The position numbers were made by a program, and so were the translations under genes. The notes beneath the pieces are model-generated. The model was not told where the DNA came from and ran no database searches. It worked only from the letters and a program-made list of their open reading frames with translations. Positions 47,087 through 58,684 of a DNA stretch of 64,000 nt are shown piece by piece. Position 1 is the stretch's first letter. Each line of letters begins with the position of its first letter. The DNA is from Patescibacteria group bacterium (lineage in GTDB: Bacteria; Patescibacteriota; Patescibacteriia; UM-FILTER-42-10). The stretch spans positions 3,654 to 67,653 of the forward strand of contig JBAYGW010000005.1 in the NCBI GenBank assembly GCA_041666485.1, read 5' to 3'.

Positions 47087-47509
47087 TTATTCAATAGTTA
47101 TGCCCATCTGGCGGGCAGTGCCTTCAATAATTTTCATCGCGCCCTCAATATCATTGGCGTTCAGATCTGGCATTTTCTTTTCCGCAATTTCCCTGATCTG
47201 AGCCTTGGTTACTTTGCCGACTTTGGTGATTAAAGGATTACCGGATCCTTTCTGGATTCCGGCCGCTTTTTTTAGAAGTTCTGCTGCCGGAGGAGTTTTG
47301 AGAATAAAAGAATAAGTCCGATCTTCATAAACGGTTATCTCAACAGGTGTTATATCACCGCCGAGATCCTTGGTCTCATTATTGAACTTGGTGCAAAATT
47401 CCTGGATATTCAAGCCGTGTTGACCTAAAGCCGGTCCGACTGGAGGCGCAGGATTTGCTTTGCCTGCCGGAATCTGTAATTTTATAACTGTCTTAATTTT
47501 CTTTGCCAT
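47087..47509 (-). CDS. rplK: 50S ribosomal protein L11
   Basis: '[22 protein letters not shown]' L11 signature. Confidence 0.92.
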   Translation of the reverse strand: MAKKIKTVIKLQIPAGKANPAPPVGPALGQHGLNIQEFCTKFNNETKDLGGDITPVEITVYEDRTYSFILKTPPAAELLKKAAGIQKGSGNPLITKVGKVTKAQIREIAEKKMPDLNANDIEGAMKIIEGTARQMGITIE

Positions 47510-47611
47510 TTTTTTGATAGTTTAAGTTATGAGATTTACGCTTGAAGATTTAAGTTTCCGGCACATCTAGAAGCAATGTACCAACTATCAACCTTGATCT
47601 TACAAATATTT

Positions 47612-47944
47612 TTAAAGCTCTTTAACACTTATTAATTTGATTCTGTTTTCAAATCCACCTCTTTCTTCATGCTTGGTATCTTTTTTTCTTTTCACATCAT
47701 CCGGAGAAATCTGTTCTAAATCCTGTACAGCTTCAATCAATTCCAGCAAGTCGGCGAGTTCGTTGATAATTTCGTCTTTTCCATCAGCCGATAGCAGTTC
47801 TTTTGCTTCTTCAACAAACTTTTCTCTGAGCATTGTGCGATATTCATCCTCTTCCAACTGTTCATACTGACATTCATCCCCGGATGCTTCAATGACTTCC
47901 GGGATTCGGTCGCGCACCAGCTTGTTATATTCTACATCTTTCAC
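47612..47944 (-). CDS. MazG/HisE-like nucleotide pyrophosphohydrolase-fold small protein
   Basis: 'YNKLVRDRIPEVI' and EExxE helices typical of all-alpha NTP pyrophosphatases. Confidence 0.5.
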   Translation of the reverse strand: MKDVEYNKLVRDRIPEVIEASGDECQYEQLEEDEYRTMLREKFVEEAKELLSADGKDEIINELADLLELIEAVQDLEQISPDDVKRKKDTKHEERGGFENRIKLISVKEL

Positions 47945-47955
47945 ATTAATATCTG

Positions 47956-48501
47956 TTAGAGTTTCTTAATCTGCAGTGAATCAAGCTCGGTAGGCGTTTC
48001 TCGGCCGAACATGGATACCAGTACTTTAACTTTGCCGCGGGCATCATCAACTTCCGAAACTTTTCCTTCCATTTCCTTGAAAGGACCGTCGGTAATCCGG
48101 ACGGGATCGCCAACCGCGACATCAATCTTGTATTTCGGCTCTTCAATCCCCATCCGCTTCTGCAGGTTCTTTACTTCATCCTCGGAAATAGGAGTCGGCG
48201 TTGTGCCGGTTCCCACAAATCCGGTTACATTCGGAGTGTTTCGCACGACATACCACGATTCATCAGTAACGATCATTTCCACCAGCACATATCCTGGAAA
48301 AATTTTTTCGGTTACAATTTTACGTTTTCCATTTTTTATCTTAATCTTTTTTTCGGTAGGAATTAAAACGTTGAAAATTTTATCCTCCATATCCATTGAT
48401 TCAATTCTCTGTCGAAGGTTTCGGGAGACATTTTCTTCATATCCCGAATAAGTATGTAGTACATACCAACGTTTTCCATGTTTTGCAGTTTGTTTTGGCA
48501 T
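47956..48501 (-). CDS. nusG: Transcription termination/antitermination factor NusG
   Basis: NGN 'KRWYVLHTYSGYE'. C-terminal KOW 'GDPVRITDGPFKEMEGKV'. Confidence 0.92.
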   Translation of the reverse strand: MPKQTAKHGKRWYVLHTYSGYEENVSRNLRQRIESMDMEDKIFNVLIPTEKKIKIKNGKRKIVTEKIFPGYVLVEMIVTDESWYVVRNTPNVTGFVGTGTTPTPISEDEVKNLQKRMGIEEPKYKIDVAVGDPVRITDGPFKEMEGKVSEVDDARGKVKVLVSMFGRETPTELDSLQIKKL

Positions 48502-48504
48502 AGC

Positions 48505-48744
48505 TTATTTTATTAATTGCTCAAGCCCTAAATTCAATAAATAATCGGCCAGTCCTAGGAACACAGCCACCGATATACTAACCCCGATCACAATCAAAGT
48601 GTGCTTAATCGCCTCCTTGCGGCTGGGCCATGTAACTTTTCTTAATTCATCTTTCGATTCTTTGAAATATCGAAATATTTTGTTGTTGGTTATTGGCATT
48701 TTTTGGTCTTTAAAAAGCCCTCGTCGGGCTCTGATTTTTATCAA
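48505..48744 (-). CDS. secE: Preprotein translocase subunit SecE
   Basis: 'ELRKVTWPSRKEAIKHTLIVIGVSI' plus single TM. Canonical position upstream of nusG. Confidence 0.8.
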   Translation of the reverse strand: MIKIRARRGLFKDQKMPITNNKIFRYFKESKDELRKVTWPSRKEAIKHTLIVIGVSISVAVFLGLADYLLNLGLEQLIK

Positions 48745-48806
48745 TCAAATCATACCCGAAATCAAAATAATTTGCAAGTGCTTGGGTTAAAAATTGTGAA
48801 ATTTCG

Positions 48807-50903
<2,097 letters not shown>

Positions 50904-50920
50904 CTACCTTTCTTCAAGTA

Positions 50921-53308
50921 TTATTGTGCTCGAATTTGAGCGTTAAACTTTTGTTCTAATGATTTAATTATCTGATTATGAAATTTTTGCGCTTCAGCAA
51001 GCGAAAGCGTCCGGTCATCGGCACGGTAATCCAAGTGCAGCGCCATACTTTTTTTACCATCGCCAATCTGTTTTCCGATATAGACATCAAACAGCTCCAC
51101 TCGGGCAAGCAACTCACCACCGGCCTGCCAGACAGCATGTTCAATCTGTTTGTATAAAATCTTCCGGTCAATAACAAACGCCACATCCAACATTACACTG
51201 GGATATTTTGGCAATACATTAAATATTTTTAAAGTTGTAAGATAATCCAGAAACACAACTAGAAAATATATCGGCCGATCCAGGTCAAAATTTTTGGCTA
51301 CTGTTCCGGAAAGCTGTGAAAGTGTTGCGATCACTTTACCGTTATGAGTAAATTTCAATGACTTGCGTGTATTATACGCATCCCAATACGGGCAATCAGT
51401 CGCACCGGATTTTTCCAGCAGTTCGCTTTCGTACTTCACGTTCTGTTCCTCAAAAAGCTGTTCTAATGTGCCTTTCAGCTCAAAAAATTCCCCGCCGTCT
51501 TTTGACTCTCCAGTGATAACCGCGCTTAACAGCGGCGCCTCGTGAGTTTTGCCGCCGGTCTTTGGAAAATACACATTGGAAAGCTCAAATAATTTCAAAT
51601 TTTCTGTATGCTTCAGATTTTCGTGGACATTATTTAACAGACCCGACAGCAGTTCAGTCCGCAGATACTGTTGATTTGAGGCAAGCGGGTTGGCGACCTC
51701 AATATGGTCTGATATTTTTAAACCCATTCTTTGTATATTTTCTTTACTGGTAAAGGAATAATTATAAACCTCAGTAAACCCTTTTCCTTTAAAATAGGCT
51801 TTCACCTGTCTGATTCTGGACAAATATTTCGGCTCCACGGGTGGCTCTAAATTGCCGGTTGGTACGGATTCGCCCAGCTTATTGTAACCATAAATTCGGG
51901 AAATTTCTTCAATAATATCTTCCGGGATTTTCAGATCAGGACGATAAGTCGGGGCCAGAACTTCCAGTGTATTTTTACCTCGCTTGGTGACTTCCGCACC
52001 CAGTGAATTTAATATGGAAATAATTTCTTTTGCCGGAATTTTTATTCCAAGAATATTTTCAATTTTATCAGTATTAACCGTAATTTTAACCGGTTCCAGT
52101 TGCCATGTTCCGATATCAACCACCTGTTCTAATATGGCAGTCGGCATCATTTCCTTCAACAGGGAAAATGTATAAGTTAAATGCGCCAAAGTCTGGTTTG
52201 GGTCAACTGTCTTTTCGTAACGGCCGACCGCGTCTGTTCTAGCCCCGAGTTTGCGCGATGTCCGTCGGATAGTTATCGGATCAAAAGCCGCCGCCTGCAA
52301 AACAATGGTTTTGGTTTTTTCATTAATCTCACTGTTCGCTCCGCCCATAATTCCGGCCAGATCAATTATCCTTTCCCCGTCTTCAATAATCAGCATCCCG
52401 GCTTCCAAATTCCAGGTTTTACTATCCAGTGTTGTTACTTTCTCGCCGTTCTTTGCCGGACGGACCGTCATTGTTTTCCCCTTAATTTTATCATAGTCAA
52501 AAGCGTGTAACGGCTGACCGCGGTCCAACATGATGTAGTTTGTTAAGTCCACAATGTTATTAATTGACCGCACTCCGACTGATTCTAAACGCTTGCGCAC
52601 CCATTCTGGGGAAGGCCCGACTTTTATTCCGCTAATCACCAACGCCGAATAACGCGGGCACAATTTTACATCCTTTACTTCTACTTTAACAATCTGATTT
52701 TTTTTCGGTTCCTCTGAAATATCATATAATTCCCTTTTCAATTTTGATCCCGTAATCGCCGCGATCTCCCGGGCGACGCCGAAGTGCCCCATCAGATCCG
52801 GTCGGTTGGCAAGTACATCCAAATCAAGCACCACGTCATCTAATCCTAATTCTTTAACAACATCATTACCTATTTTTGCCTTATCATCTAAAAATAAAAT
52901 TTCATGATCACCTTTTTTCGGCAATCCCAGTTCTTCTGAGGAGCAAATCATCCCGCAGGATTCCACACCTCTGATATTTGCCTTTTTCAGTTCCATGCCG
53001 TTCGGCAATTTCGCGCCCACCATGGCAAACGGCACTTTCTTACCAACAGATTCCGGTTTGATATTAACTCCACCGCAGACTACTTCAAATTTTTCTTTAC
53101 CGTTGTTAACTGATACCAGATTTAACTTATCGGCGTTAGGATGTTTTTTGATACCTAAAATCTCCGCTACCACTACATTTGAAATATTACCGCTAGTTTT
53201 TTCAATCGTATTCACTTCAACCGAACAGATCGTCAAATCATCAGCCAGTTTTTCTGGAGTTGTCCGAATCGCGACATATTCTTTTAACCAATTAAGTGAT
53301 ACTTTCAT
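50921..53308 (-). CDS. pheT: Phenylalanyl-tRNA synthetase beta subunit
   Basis: tRNA-binding OB N-terminus. B3/B4, B5 and FDX-ACB domains. 795 aa. Confidence 0.9.
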   Translation of the reverse strand: MKVSLNWLKEYVAIRTTPEKLADDLTICSVEVNTIEKTSGNISNVVVAEILGIKKHPNADKLNLVSVNNGKEKFEVVCGGVNIKPESVGKKVPFAMVGAKLPNGMELKKANIRGVESCGMICSSEELGLPKKGDHEILFLDDKAKIGNDVVKELGLDDVVLDLDVLANRPDLMGHFGVAREIAAITGSKLKRELYDISEEPKKNQIVKVEVKDVKLCPRYSALVISGIKVGPSPEWVRKRLESVGVRSINNIVDLTNYIMLDRGQPLHAFDYDKIKGKTMTVRPAKNGEKVTTLDSKTWNLEAGMLIIEDGERIIDLAGIMGGANSEINEKTKTIVLQAAAFDPITIRRTSRKLGARTDAVGRYEKTVDPNQTLAHLTYTFSLLKEMMPTAILEQVVDIGTWQLEPVKITVNTDKIENILGIKIPAKEIISILNSLGAEVTKRGKNTLEVLAPTYRPDLKIPEDIIEEISRIYGYNKLGESVPTGNLEPPVEPKYLSRIRQVKAYFKGKGFTEVYNYSFTSKENIQRMGLKISDHIEVANPLASNQQYLRTELLSGLLNNVHENLKHTENLKLFELSNVYFPKTGGKTHEAPLLSAVITGESKDGGEFFELKGTLEQLFEEQNVKYESELLEKSGATDCPYWDAYNTRKSLKFTHNGKVIATLSQLSGTVAKNFDLDRPIYFLVVFLDYLTTLKIFNVLPKYPSVMLDVAFVIDRKILYKQIEHAVWQAGGELLARVELFDVYIGKQIGDGKKSMALHLDYRADDRTLSLAEAQKFHNQIIKSLEQKFNAQIRAQ

Positions 53309-53317
53309 GGTGAATTG

Positions 53318-53355
53318 TTAGGGTATAGGGTTTAGGGAGAAGGGATTAGGGTTAG
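53318..53355. repeat. Heptamer tandem repeat (TAGGGNN)x5 with five GGG tracts at 7-nt period. Fills the pheS-pheT spacer and overlaps the pheS stop.
   Basis: 'ttagggtatagggtttagggagaagggattagggttag'. Confidence 0.7.
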
Positions 53356-54392
53356 AATTGTTTTAAAAACCTTATGTCGTTCTCAAACAAAGCGCGGATG
53401 TCGGCGATCTTATGTTTGATCATCAAGGGCCGTTCAATGCCGAAACCAAAGGCAAAACCCTGATACTTTTTCGGGTCATAGTTCGCTGCTTTCAGGACAT
53501 TCGGATGGATCATACCGCAGCCACCCATCTCCAGCCAGCCGGTGTTTTTACAGGTCGGGCATCCTTTTCCGTCGCAAATGGTACAGGAGACGTCAAATTC
53601 CGCTCCCGGCTCCACGAACGGGAAATAAGAAATGCGAAAACGGACCTTAATGTCCTTCTCCAGGATTTCTCTCATTGCATAATGCAGTGTTCCCTTCAAA
53701 TCAGAAAAAGTTATATCAGTGTCAACAGCTACACCGTCAAATTGATGAAACATTGGTGTATGGGAAATATCTTCATCACGGCGGTAGCATTTACCGGTGG
53801 CAATCACACGCAGTGGCGGCTTTCTCTTTTCCATCGTTCTGACTTGTGATGCGGAGGAGGTATGCGTTCTCAACAATAATTCGCCGTATTTACCGACAGA
53901 CGCATTTTTTCCTTTTTTAATGTAAAAAGTATCCTGCATATCGCGCGCCGGGTGATCTGCCGGCACATTCAATGCCTGAAAGTTGTAATAATCATTTTCA
54001 ATTTCCGGTCCGTCAACAATATCAAAATTCATGGAACGGAACACATCCCAGATTTTTTCCAGCATCTGGGTAATCGGATGCAAATGTCCTGCTTGCGTTC
54101 TGACACCCGGCAGTGTCGGATCAAAAAACTCTGTTCCTTCTTCAGGGTAACTTGAAAATTTTAATTCCGCTGTTTTCAGCGCATTAGTCAGCTCATTTTT
54201 GATTTCATTTGCCAATTTACCGATTACCGGCTTCATTTCATCCGAAATATCCTTGATTTCCCGTAGCACCTTAGTAATTTTGCCTTTTCTGCCCAAATAC
54301 TCAATCTCCAGATTTTTCAAACTTTCGGAGTCATTAACTTTCTGGATCTCTTCCAGTGCTTTTTGCTTCAGTTGTTCCAGGGTTTTTTTCAT
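53352..54392 (-). CDS. pheS: Phenylalanyl-tRNA synthetase alpha subunit
   Basis: Class II core motifs. 346 aa. Confidence 0.9.
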   Translation of the reverse strand: MKKTLEQLKQKALEEIQKVNDSESLKNLEIEYLGRKGKITKVLREIKDISDEMKPVIGKLANEIKNELTNALKTAELKFSSYPEEGTEFFDPTLPGVRTQAGHLHPITQMLEKIWDVFRSMNFDIVDGPEIENDYYNFQALNVPADHPARDMQDTFYIKKGKNASVGKYGELLLRTHTSSASQVRTMEKRKPPLRVIATGKCYRRDEDISHTPMFHQFDGVAVDTDITFSDLKGTLHYAMREILEKDIKVRFRISYFPFVEPGAEFDVSCTICDGKGCPTCKNTGWLEMGGCGMIHPNVLKAANYDPKKYQGFAFGFGIERPLMIKHKIADIRALFENDIRFLKQF

Positions 54393-54398
54393 ATAATA

Positions 54399-54803
54399 TT
54401 ATTCTTGATGTTGCTCATGTTGCGTAACCGGATTTTCTCTGCCCAGTAAAAAGAATTCCAGCAGTCCTAAACCCATAATCAGCAAGACCGCGTTCCACCA
54501 GGTAAACAGATTGTTAGCTTGGAGCATTAAAGAAATCACAATTAGGGAAGAAAATAAGACCGACTGGCGCAATGAAACCCCGATGTGACGGAATAGTACC
54601 GATCTTTTCACAAAAATAGCACGTACAAAAAAGCCAAATAAGGCAAATGTTCCCATTAGCGACAAAAAAAGCATGATATAGAAAGAAAAAAGCCCGACAA
54701 AACCTGAGTTAAAAGGGTCAATATTCAGAATAACCAATACAAAAGCCCCCCACGAAATGAGGGTCCCAAATCCCATAATTAACAGGTATCTTCTTAACGG
54801 CAT
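54399..54803 (-). CDS. Hypothetical small membrane protein
   Basis: 134 aa, 4 TM segments. Confidence 0.4.
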   Translation of the reverse strand: MPLRRYLLIMGFGTLISWGAFVLVILNIDPFNSGFVGLFSFYIMLFLSLMGTFALFGFFVRAIFVKRSVLFRHIGVSLRQSVLFSSLIVISLMLQANNLFTWWNAVLLIMGLGLLEFFLLGRENPVTQHEQHQE

Positions 54804-55007
54804 ATAACACTAAAGAATCTTATCTCATCGTAGTTTTTTGAAGAGATTTCCACCTAGATTGTAACAGATTTTCGTGATTTCAGCAAACGATTTTTTGGGG
54901 CAAAAAAGGTCATTTTTCCAAAGAAAAAAGGCTCCGAACATTCATGGGAGTGAATGGGAACCTTTCGGGAAACGAGGGGTCGAGCATAGCTCGACAAAGG
55001 TGCGATG

Positions 55008-55442
55008 CTACGCGATACGCTGGACTTCGAATCCGACGTATTCGCGCTTGATGAACTTGCCTCTGAAGGTCGTGGTCGTATGGTACTTCTCCTGATAGAC
55101 CAGGATCACCAGCTCGCCCGGCTGCCTTTGGGTGATGTGGTCTGCGGGTACGCAGACCAAGCCCACCGGCGTGTCGATGACCATGACCACCTGGTCGCAC
55201 GTGGCAACCGTTGTTACGAACTTGCGTCCGTTAGTGGCCGCCGTGGCAACTCCCAGGTTCTGAGTGAATAGGCCGTGGAACACGACCTGCCCCGAGATCG
55301 CCTGTGATGCGGAGTGCTCCACGACGATCTTGTTGTCGAAGATCCCCGCGACCAGGAGGATCAGGGCGATGGCCAACAGGACAATTAGAAGGCCCTTCTG
55401 GAACCGATAGCGAAGCTCCGCCTCATGAGAATCGTATGCCAT
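55008..55442 (-). CDS. Hypothetical N-terminally membrane-anchored protein in GC-rich island 2
   Basis: 144 aa. TM 'LLIVLLAIALILLVAGIF'. GC-rich codon usage unlike the neighbours. Confidence 0.4.
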   Translation of the reverse strand: MAYDSHEAELRYRFQKGLLIVLLAIALILLVAGIFDNKIVVEHSASQAISGQVVFHGLFTQNLGVATAATNGRKFVTTVATCDQVVMVIDTPVGLVCVPADHITQRQPGELVILVYQEKYHTTTTFRGKFIKREYVGFEVQRIA

Positions 55443-55503
55443 GACTCACACTCTCCTAATTCGTCGACCGTGTTGCTATCCGAGCTGATTCCCAGATAGC
55501 GTG

Positions 55504-55983
55504 TTAGTTGCCGACGGGGAGCGCAGCGAGCAGGGCCCGGGGTTCGTTTTCCGGGCGGAGGTGCCGGGGGTGGATTTTCAGAACACGGGTCCTGCTTCCT
55601 TCGCTGACCACGGTGGTGACCACAGCCGTTGCCGGCCGAGTTGAGTCGGCGGGGCAAATCTCCACCAACTGTTTGGCCACCACGAGTATGGCCCTGCCGT
55701 TGTAGCTCGACAGGTTGTCGGAGCTGATAGAGACCATGTACGCGGTATTCGCGTACTTGTTCTTGAGGAGATTGACCGTCAGGAAGGATTCCAGCCGGTA
55801 CTCCCCCTCGGTGAGCTGGGACAGCCCGATCACCGGGATGCTGTACGCACGCAGATTCTTGATCTGCTGGCGGTAGACGAGACTGCTCCCGATCCCGAGG
55901 AAGATGGCGAAGAAGGCGAGGACAACCCAGAAACGGGTGGCGGTGTACCAGTGGTACCGCTTGGCGAGCTGCAAGTTAGGCAT
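55504..55983 (-). CDS. Hypothetical N-terminally membrane-anchored protein in GC-rich island 2 (possible paralog of 55008-55442)
   Basis: 159 aa. Same topology. Shared 'CPAD/VPAD' region. Confidence 0.4.
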   Translation of the reverse strand: MPNLQLAKRYHWYTATRFWVVLAFFAIFLGIGSSLVYRQQIKNLRAYSIPVIGLSQLTEGEYRLESFLTVNLLKNKYANTAYMVSISSDNLSSYNGRAILVVAKQLVEICPADSTRPATAVVTTVVSEGSRTRVLKIHPRHLRPENEPRALLAALPVGN

Positions 55984-56102
55984 GATCTACACCTTTCACT
56001 TCCGTGTGTGGAAACACCCTCACGCGCAAAGGCGTTTCAGAGAAGAACCTGATCCACGCGTGACCGAGTATACTAGCACATCTCAACCGGATTGTCAAGC
56101 CA

Positions 56103-56186
56103 CGTCAGAAGGTACGATTGCGCAATCGCACCTTCTGACGGTGTTAAGACTCAATCAAAACAGGCGCGACATCAATGTCGCGCCTG
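56103..56186. repeat. Two long GC-rich palindromes: a 40-bp near-perfect one (CGTCAGAAGGTACGATTGCG/CGCAATCGcACCTTCTGACG) and an 11-bp-stem hairpin (CAGGCGCGACAT-caa-ATGTCGCGCCTG)
   Basis: Seen directly. They lie between the GC island and the 3' end of the pilus operon. The second hairpin is likely a terminator for the minus-strand pilus operon. Confidence 0.6.
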
Positions 56187-56207
56187 CACACTAAAATAAA
56201 TATTAAA

Positions 56208-57248
56208 CTATTCCTCTATCCAGCCGTCTTGACTGATGTTGTAGGAAAGAATTATATTGGCAATTTGGTTATAAATACCCTCCAGGTCGGAAGCGGATGG
56301 TGCGTAGAAATACATGTTAGGATCTGTGGCAATATCGTTACGTAAAAAGTCTTCATTCACGCTACTCCCTAACCCGATCGCAAAAATCAAAATCCCGACG
56401 TTGTCCGCTTCATCCGCCTTTGTTCTGGCATAAAGTTCCGCGGCGCTGATTGGTGACGGCACATTTGCTACACCATCGGTTAACAGAATTTCAACTTTGA
56501 TATCCCCGGACGGCACATTTGTCTGTATATTAGTTGTAGCCAATCCAATTGCATCGCCAATATTGGTATTGCCGGTCGGCGTCGGTATTATATTTACCGC
56601 TGCCTGCGCGGCGGCAAAATCATTTGAGGAAGAAAAATTTAGTTGCGCTGATTGATTATAAGAAACAACTCCGATCTTATCATAAAGTGGATCCATTTCA
56701 TCAATAAACGATTTCGCCGCTTCTTTGGCAAAAATCATCGGTCGTGGACCCCACAACCCGCCATTATTTATACATTCTATGGAGTTGAGATACGCGGGAT
56801 TCGTGCAACCATCACCATCATCATCCATGCTACCAGAACGGTCTATTATGTGATAAATGGTAGTGTCGTTTCTTGTGGCAGAAGCACCCGCATCGGCATA
56901 ATAACTGGCAACAGTACGAACGCTATTGGCAAACGTTCCGGTTCCAACTAATTTGCCGGAAGCGACACCGGCATTATGCTGTGCCACAACTTCACACTCT
57001 ACCCCGTCAATATTGATTGTTGTTCCAGTATAGTTTTCGTCTGTGCGTAATTGCAGATATCCTTCTTCAATGCAGGTTTGAGCTGAGTAAAATGCTTTTT
57101 CCGTGGAAATAGAATTTCTGGCGATAATTTTTTCTCTAGTGGCCGTAACATTGTTGGAAAAGACAAATAAAAACATAACAATCATCGTAAAGAAAACCAT
57201 TAAAATGGTGATACTGCCTTCCTGATTTCTTTTTCTAAAATTATTCAT
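56208..57248 (-). CDS. Pilus-associated protein with N-terminal prepilin-like TM segment and C-terminal von Willebrand factor A (MIDAS) domain
   Basis: 'IIDRSGSMDDDG' DxSxS MIDAS motif. N-terminal hydrophobic helix. Last gene of the pilus operon. Confidence 0.6.
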   Translation of the reverse strand: MNNFRKRNQEGSITILMVFFTMIVMFLFVFSNNVTATREKIIARNSISTEKAFYSAQTCIEEGYLQLRTDENYTGTTINIDGVECEVVAQHNAGVASGKLVGTGTFANSVRTVASYYADAGASATRNDTTIYHIIDRSGSMDDDGDGCTNPAYLNSIECINNGGLWGPRPMIFAKEAAKSFIDEMDPLYDKIGVVSYNQSAQLNFSSSNDFAAAQAAVNIIPTPTGNTNIGDAIGLATTNIQTNVPSGDIKVEILLTDGVANVPSPISAAELYARTKADEADNVGILIFAIGLGSSVNEDFLRNDIATDPNMYFYAPSASDLEGIYNQIANIILSYNISQDGWIEE

Positions 57249-57249
57249 G

Positions 57250-57762
57250 TTACTGTTGTCTGAATGATATCGTAGAATTTATATCAGACTCTCCTGTTCC
57301 TTTTTCAACAATCAAATTAATCCTAAGAGATGAAGAGACTTTCTTAAACGAAACTAGCGAAACATTTACATCTTCATCAGTTAAAAGCTTCATACTAGAC
57401 GGAGCGGGAATCAAATTCATATCCTGTCCATAATACATTTTCCCGCCATTTAATTCATATACTGTAATAATGTTGTCGGGGGCAACAGGGTTAGTATAAA
57501 AATGAGAATAGACTATCGCTTTTGTTCCGCTTGCCTGGATGTCCACATCATAGGCATTACGCAAGGAATAAGTCATTTTTTCAATAATTTGTCTGGCATT
57601 GTACTGCGCTGTCTGCTGATTGTTGGTCAGTACTCGCTGTTCGGTACTGTTTACCAGAAACATAGTCAGCATCAGGGTAACGATACTGGAAATACCCAAA
57701 TACACCATCAACTCCATCAGGGTCGTACCTCGCTGATTAAATTTGATCAGTCTTAATTTCAT
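57250..57762 (-). CDS. Minor (pseudo)pilin, class III signal peptide
   Basis: 'RGTTLMELMVYLGI' prepilin cleavage/methylation motif. Confidence 0.6.
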   Translation of the reverse strand: MKLRLIKFNQRGTTLMELMVYLGISSIVTLMLTMFLVNSTEQRVLTNNQQTAQYNARQIIEKMTYSLRNAYDVDIQASGTKAIVYSHFYTNPVAPDNIITVYELNGGKMYYGQDMNLIPAPSSMKLLTDEDVNVSLVSFKKVSSSLRINLIVEKGTGESDINSTISFRQQ

Positions 57763-58247
57763 TGTCCTAACCAGTTAGTAATATAGCTGGCAAATGAGAT
57801 ATCTCTCATATTATCTCTCTCCTGCCATTCCACTTTTACGTCAAGCCGCCTTGCTTGATTATCTTCCGTCCCCGATGCACTCAAATTACCGGCCGCGTCT
57901 CTATAAGCTTTGCTAATATGTATCGTCCGATAATACTTGCCGTTAAGTTCCTGTGCCGGGTTTGCCGGATCACTTGGCAATATTTCAAATGTATTACCGT
58001 TTTCTTGAATCTGATAAAAACCTTCGGATAAAACGCTAATCAAATTCCAGTCTGACTGTTTTATAGCAAAAAGCTGTTCCATTGATTCTTTAGCATAAGC
58101 TGTCGCTTCCACTTCTTGTTTTGAAGCAATCACTAACTGGTGATTGACTCCGATCAGATTACCGATCGCCAAAGAAAAAACCGCTGCCAGACTGATACTT
58201 AGCAGTACTTCAATCAACAGACTTCCTTTTTGATTATGCCAGTTCAT
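57759..58247 (-). CDS. Minor (pseudo)pilin
   Basis: 'KGSLLIEVLLSISL' prepilin motif. Confidence 0.6.
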   Translation of the reverse strand: MNWHNQKGSLLIEVLLSISLAAVFSLAIGNLIGVNHQLVIASKQEVEATAYAKESMEQLFAIKQSDWNLISVLSEGFYQIQENGNTFEILPSDPANPAQELNGKYYRTIHISKAYRDAAGNLSASGTEDNQARRLDVKVEWQERDNMRDISFASYITNWLGQ

Positions 58248-58684
58248 AAAGATAATATTTTAACTGTTCCCGGTTTCCTGATTTCAATACGGGAACTATT
58301 TACCCCCGCATAAAGGATAAATAAATCCAAATCCTGATCCGGGATGCCTGTTAGCTTATTAAAAACTATGTCGTCACTTGCCGAACACGTGAATTCTTGC
58401 GGAAAGTTGTATGTTTCTGATACTAATTCCGGATTCACTGATAATAAATCTATTGCATTGCCGCTGCAACGCACCGCCCATGCACGACCTGATTCCGCTG
58501 ACTGCGCTCTGCTTTGTGCTTCACGAACTATCTGCGCGACCTTATCTGCTTCAGTTACAGCTTGTGCACCTGTTTTACCTTTTGATAAAGAAATCACCGC
58601 CACACCGGCAATCAGACTGACTGCGGTTATGACGATCAGTACCTCAATTACAGTGAAGCCAAATTGTTTTTTCAGGTTTTTCAT
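58244..58684 (-). CDS. Type IV (pseudo)pilin / major pilin candidate
   Basis: 'KKQFGFTVIEVLIVITAV' canonical G-F-T-x-x-E motif. Confidence 0.7.
   Translation of the reverse strand: MKNLKKQFGFTVIEVLIVITAVSLIAGVAVISLSKGKTGAQAVTEADKVAQIVREAQSRAQSAESGRAWAVRCSGNAIDLLSVNPELVSETYNFPQEFTCSASDDIVFNKLTGIPDQDLDLFILYAGVNSSRIEIRKPGTVKILSL

Noticed and set aside
48745-48806. Expected tRNA-Trp upstream of secE (common in secE-nusG loci)
   Set aside because: No cloverleaf-compatible sequence or GTTCGAATC-type T-loop is present in this spacer.
55005-55045. tRNA-like 'GGACTTCGAATCCGAC' (T-loop-like TTCGAATCC)
   Set aside because: No complementary T-stem, acceptor stem or anticodon arm can be drawn. It lies inside a GC-rich coding region.
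54910-55657. ORFs 54910-55200 and 55385-55657 (minus), Arg/Pro/Gly-rich
   Set aside because: Out-of-frame translations of GC-rich island 2, overlapping the better-supported membrane-protein frames.
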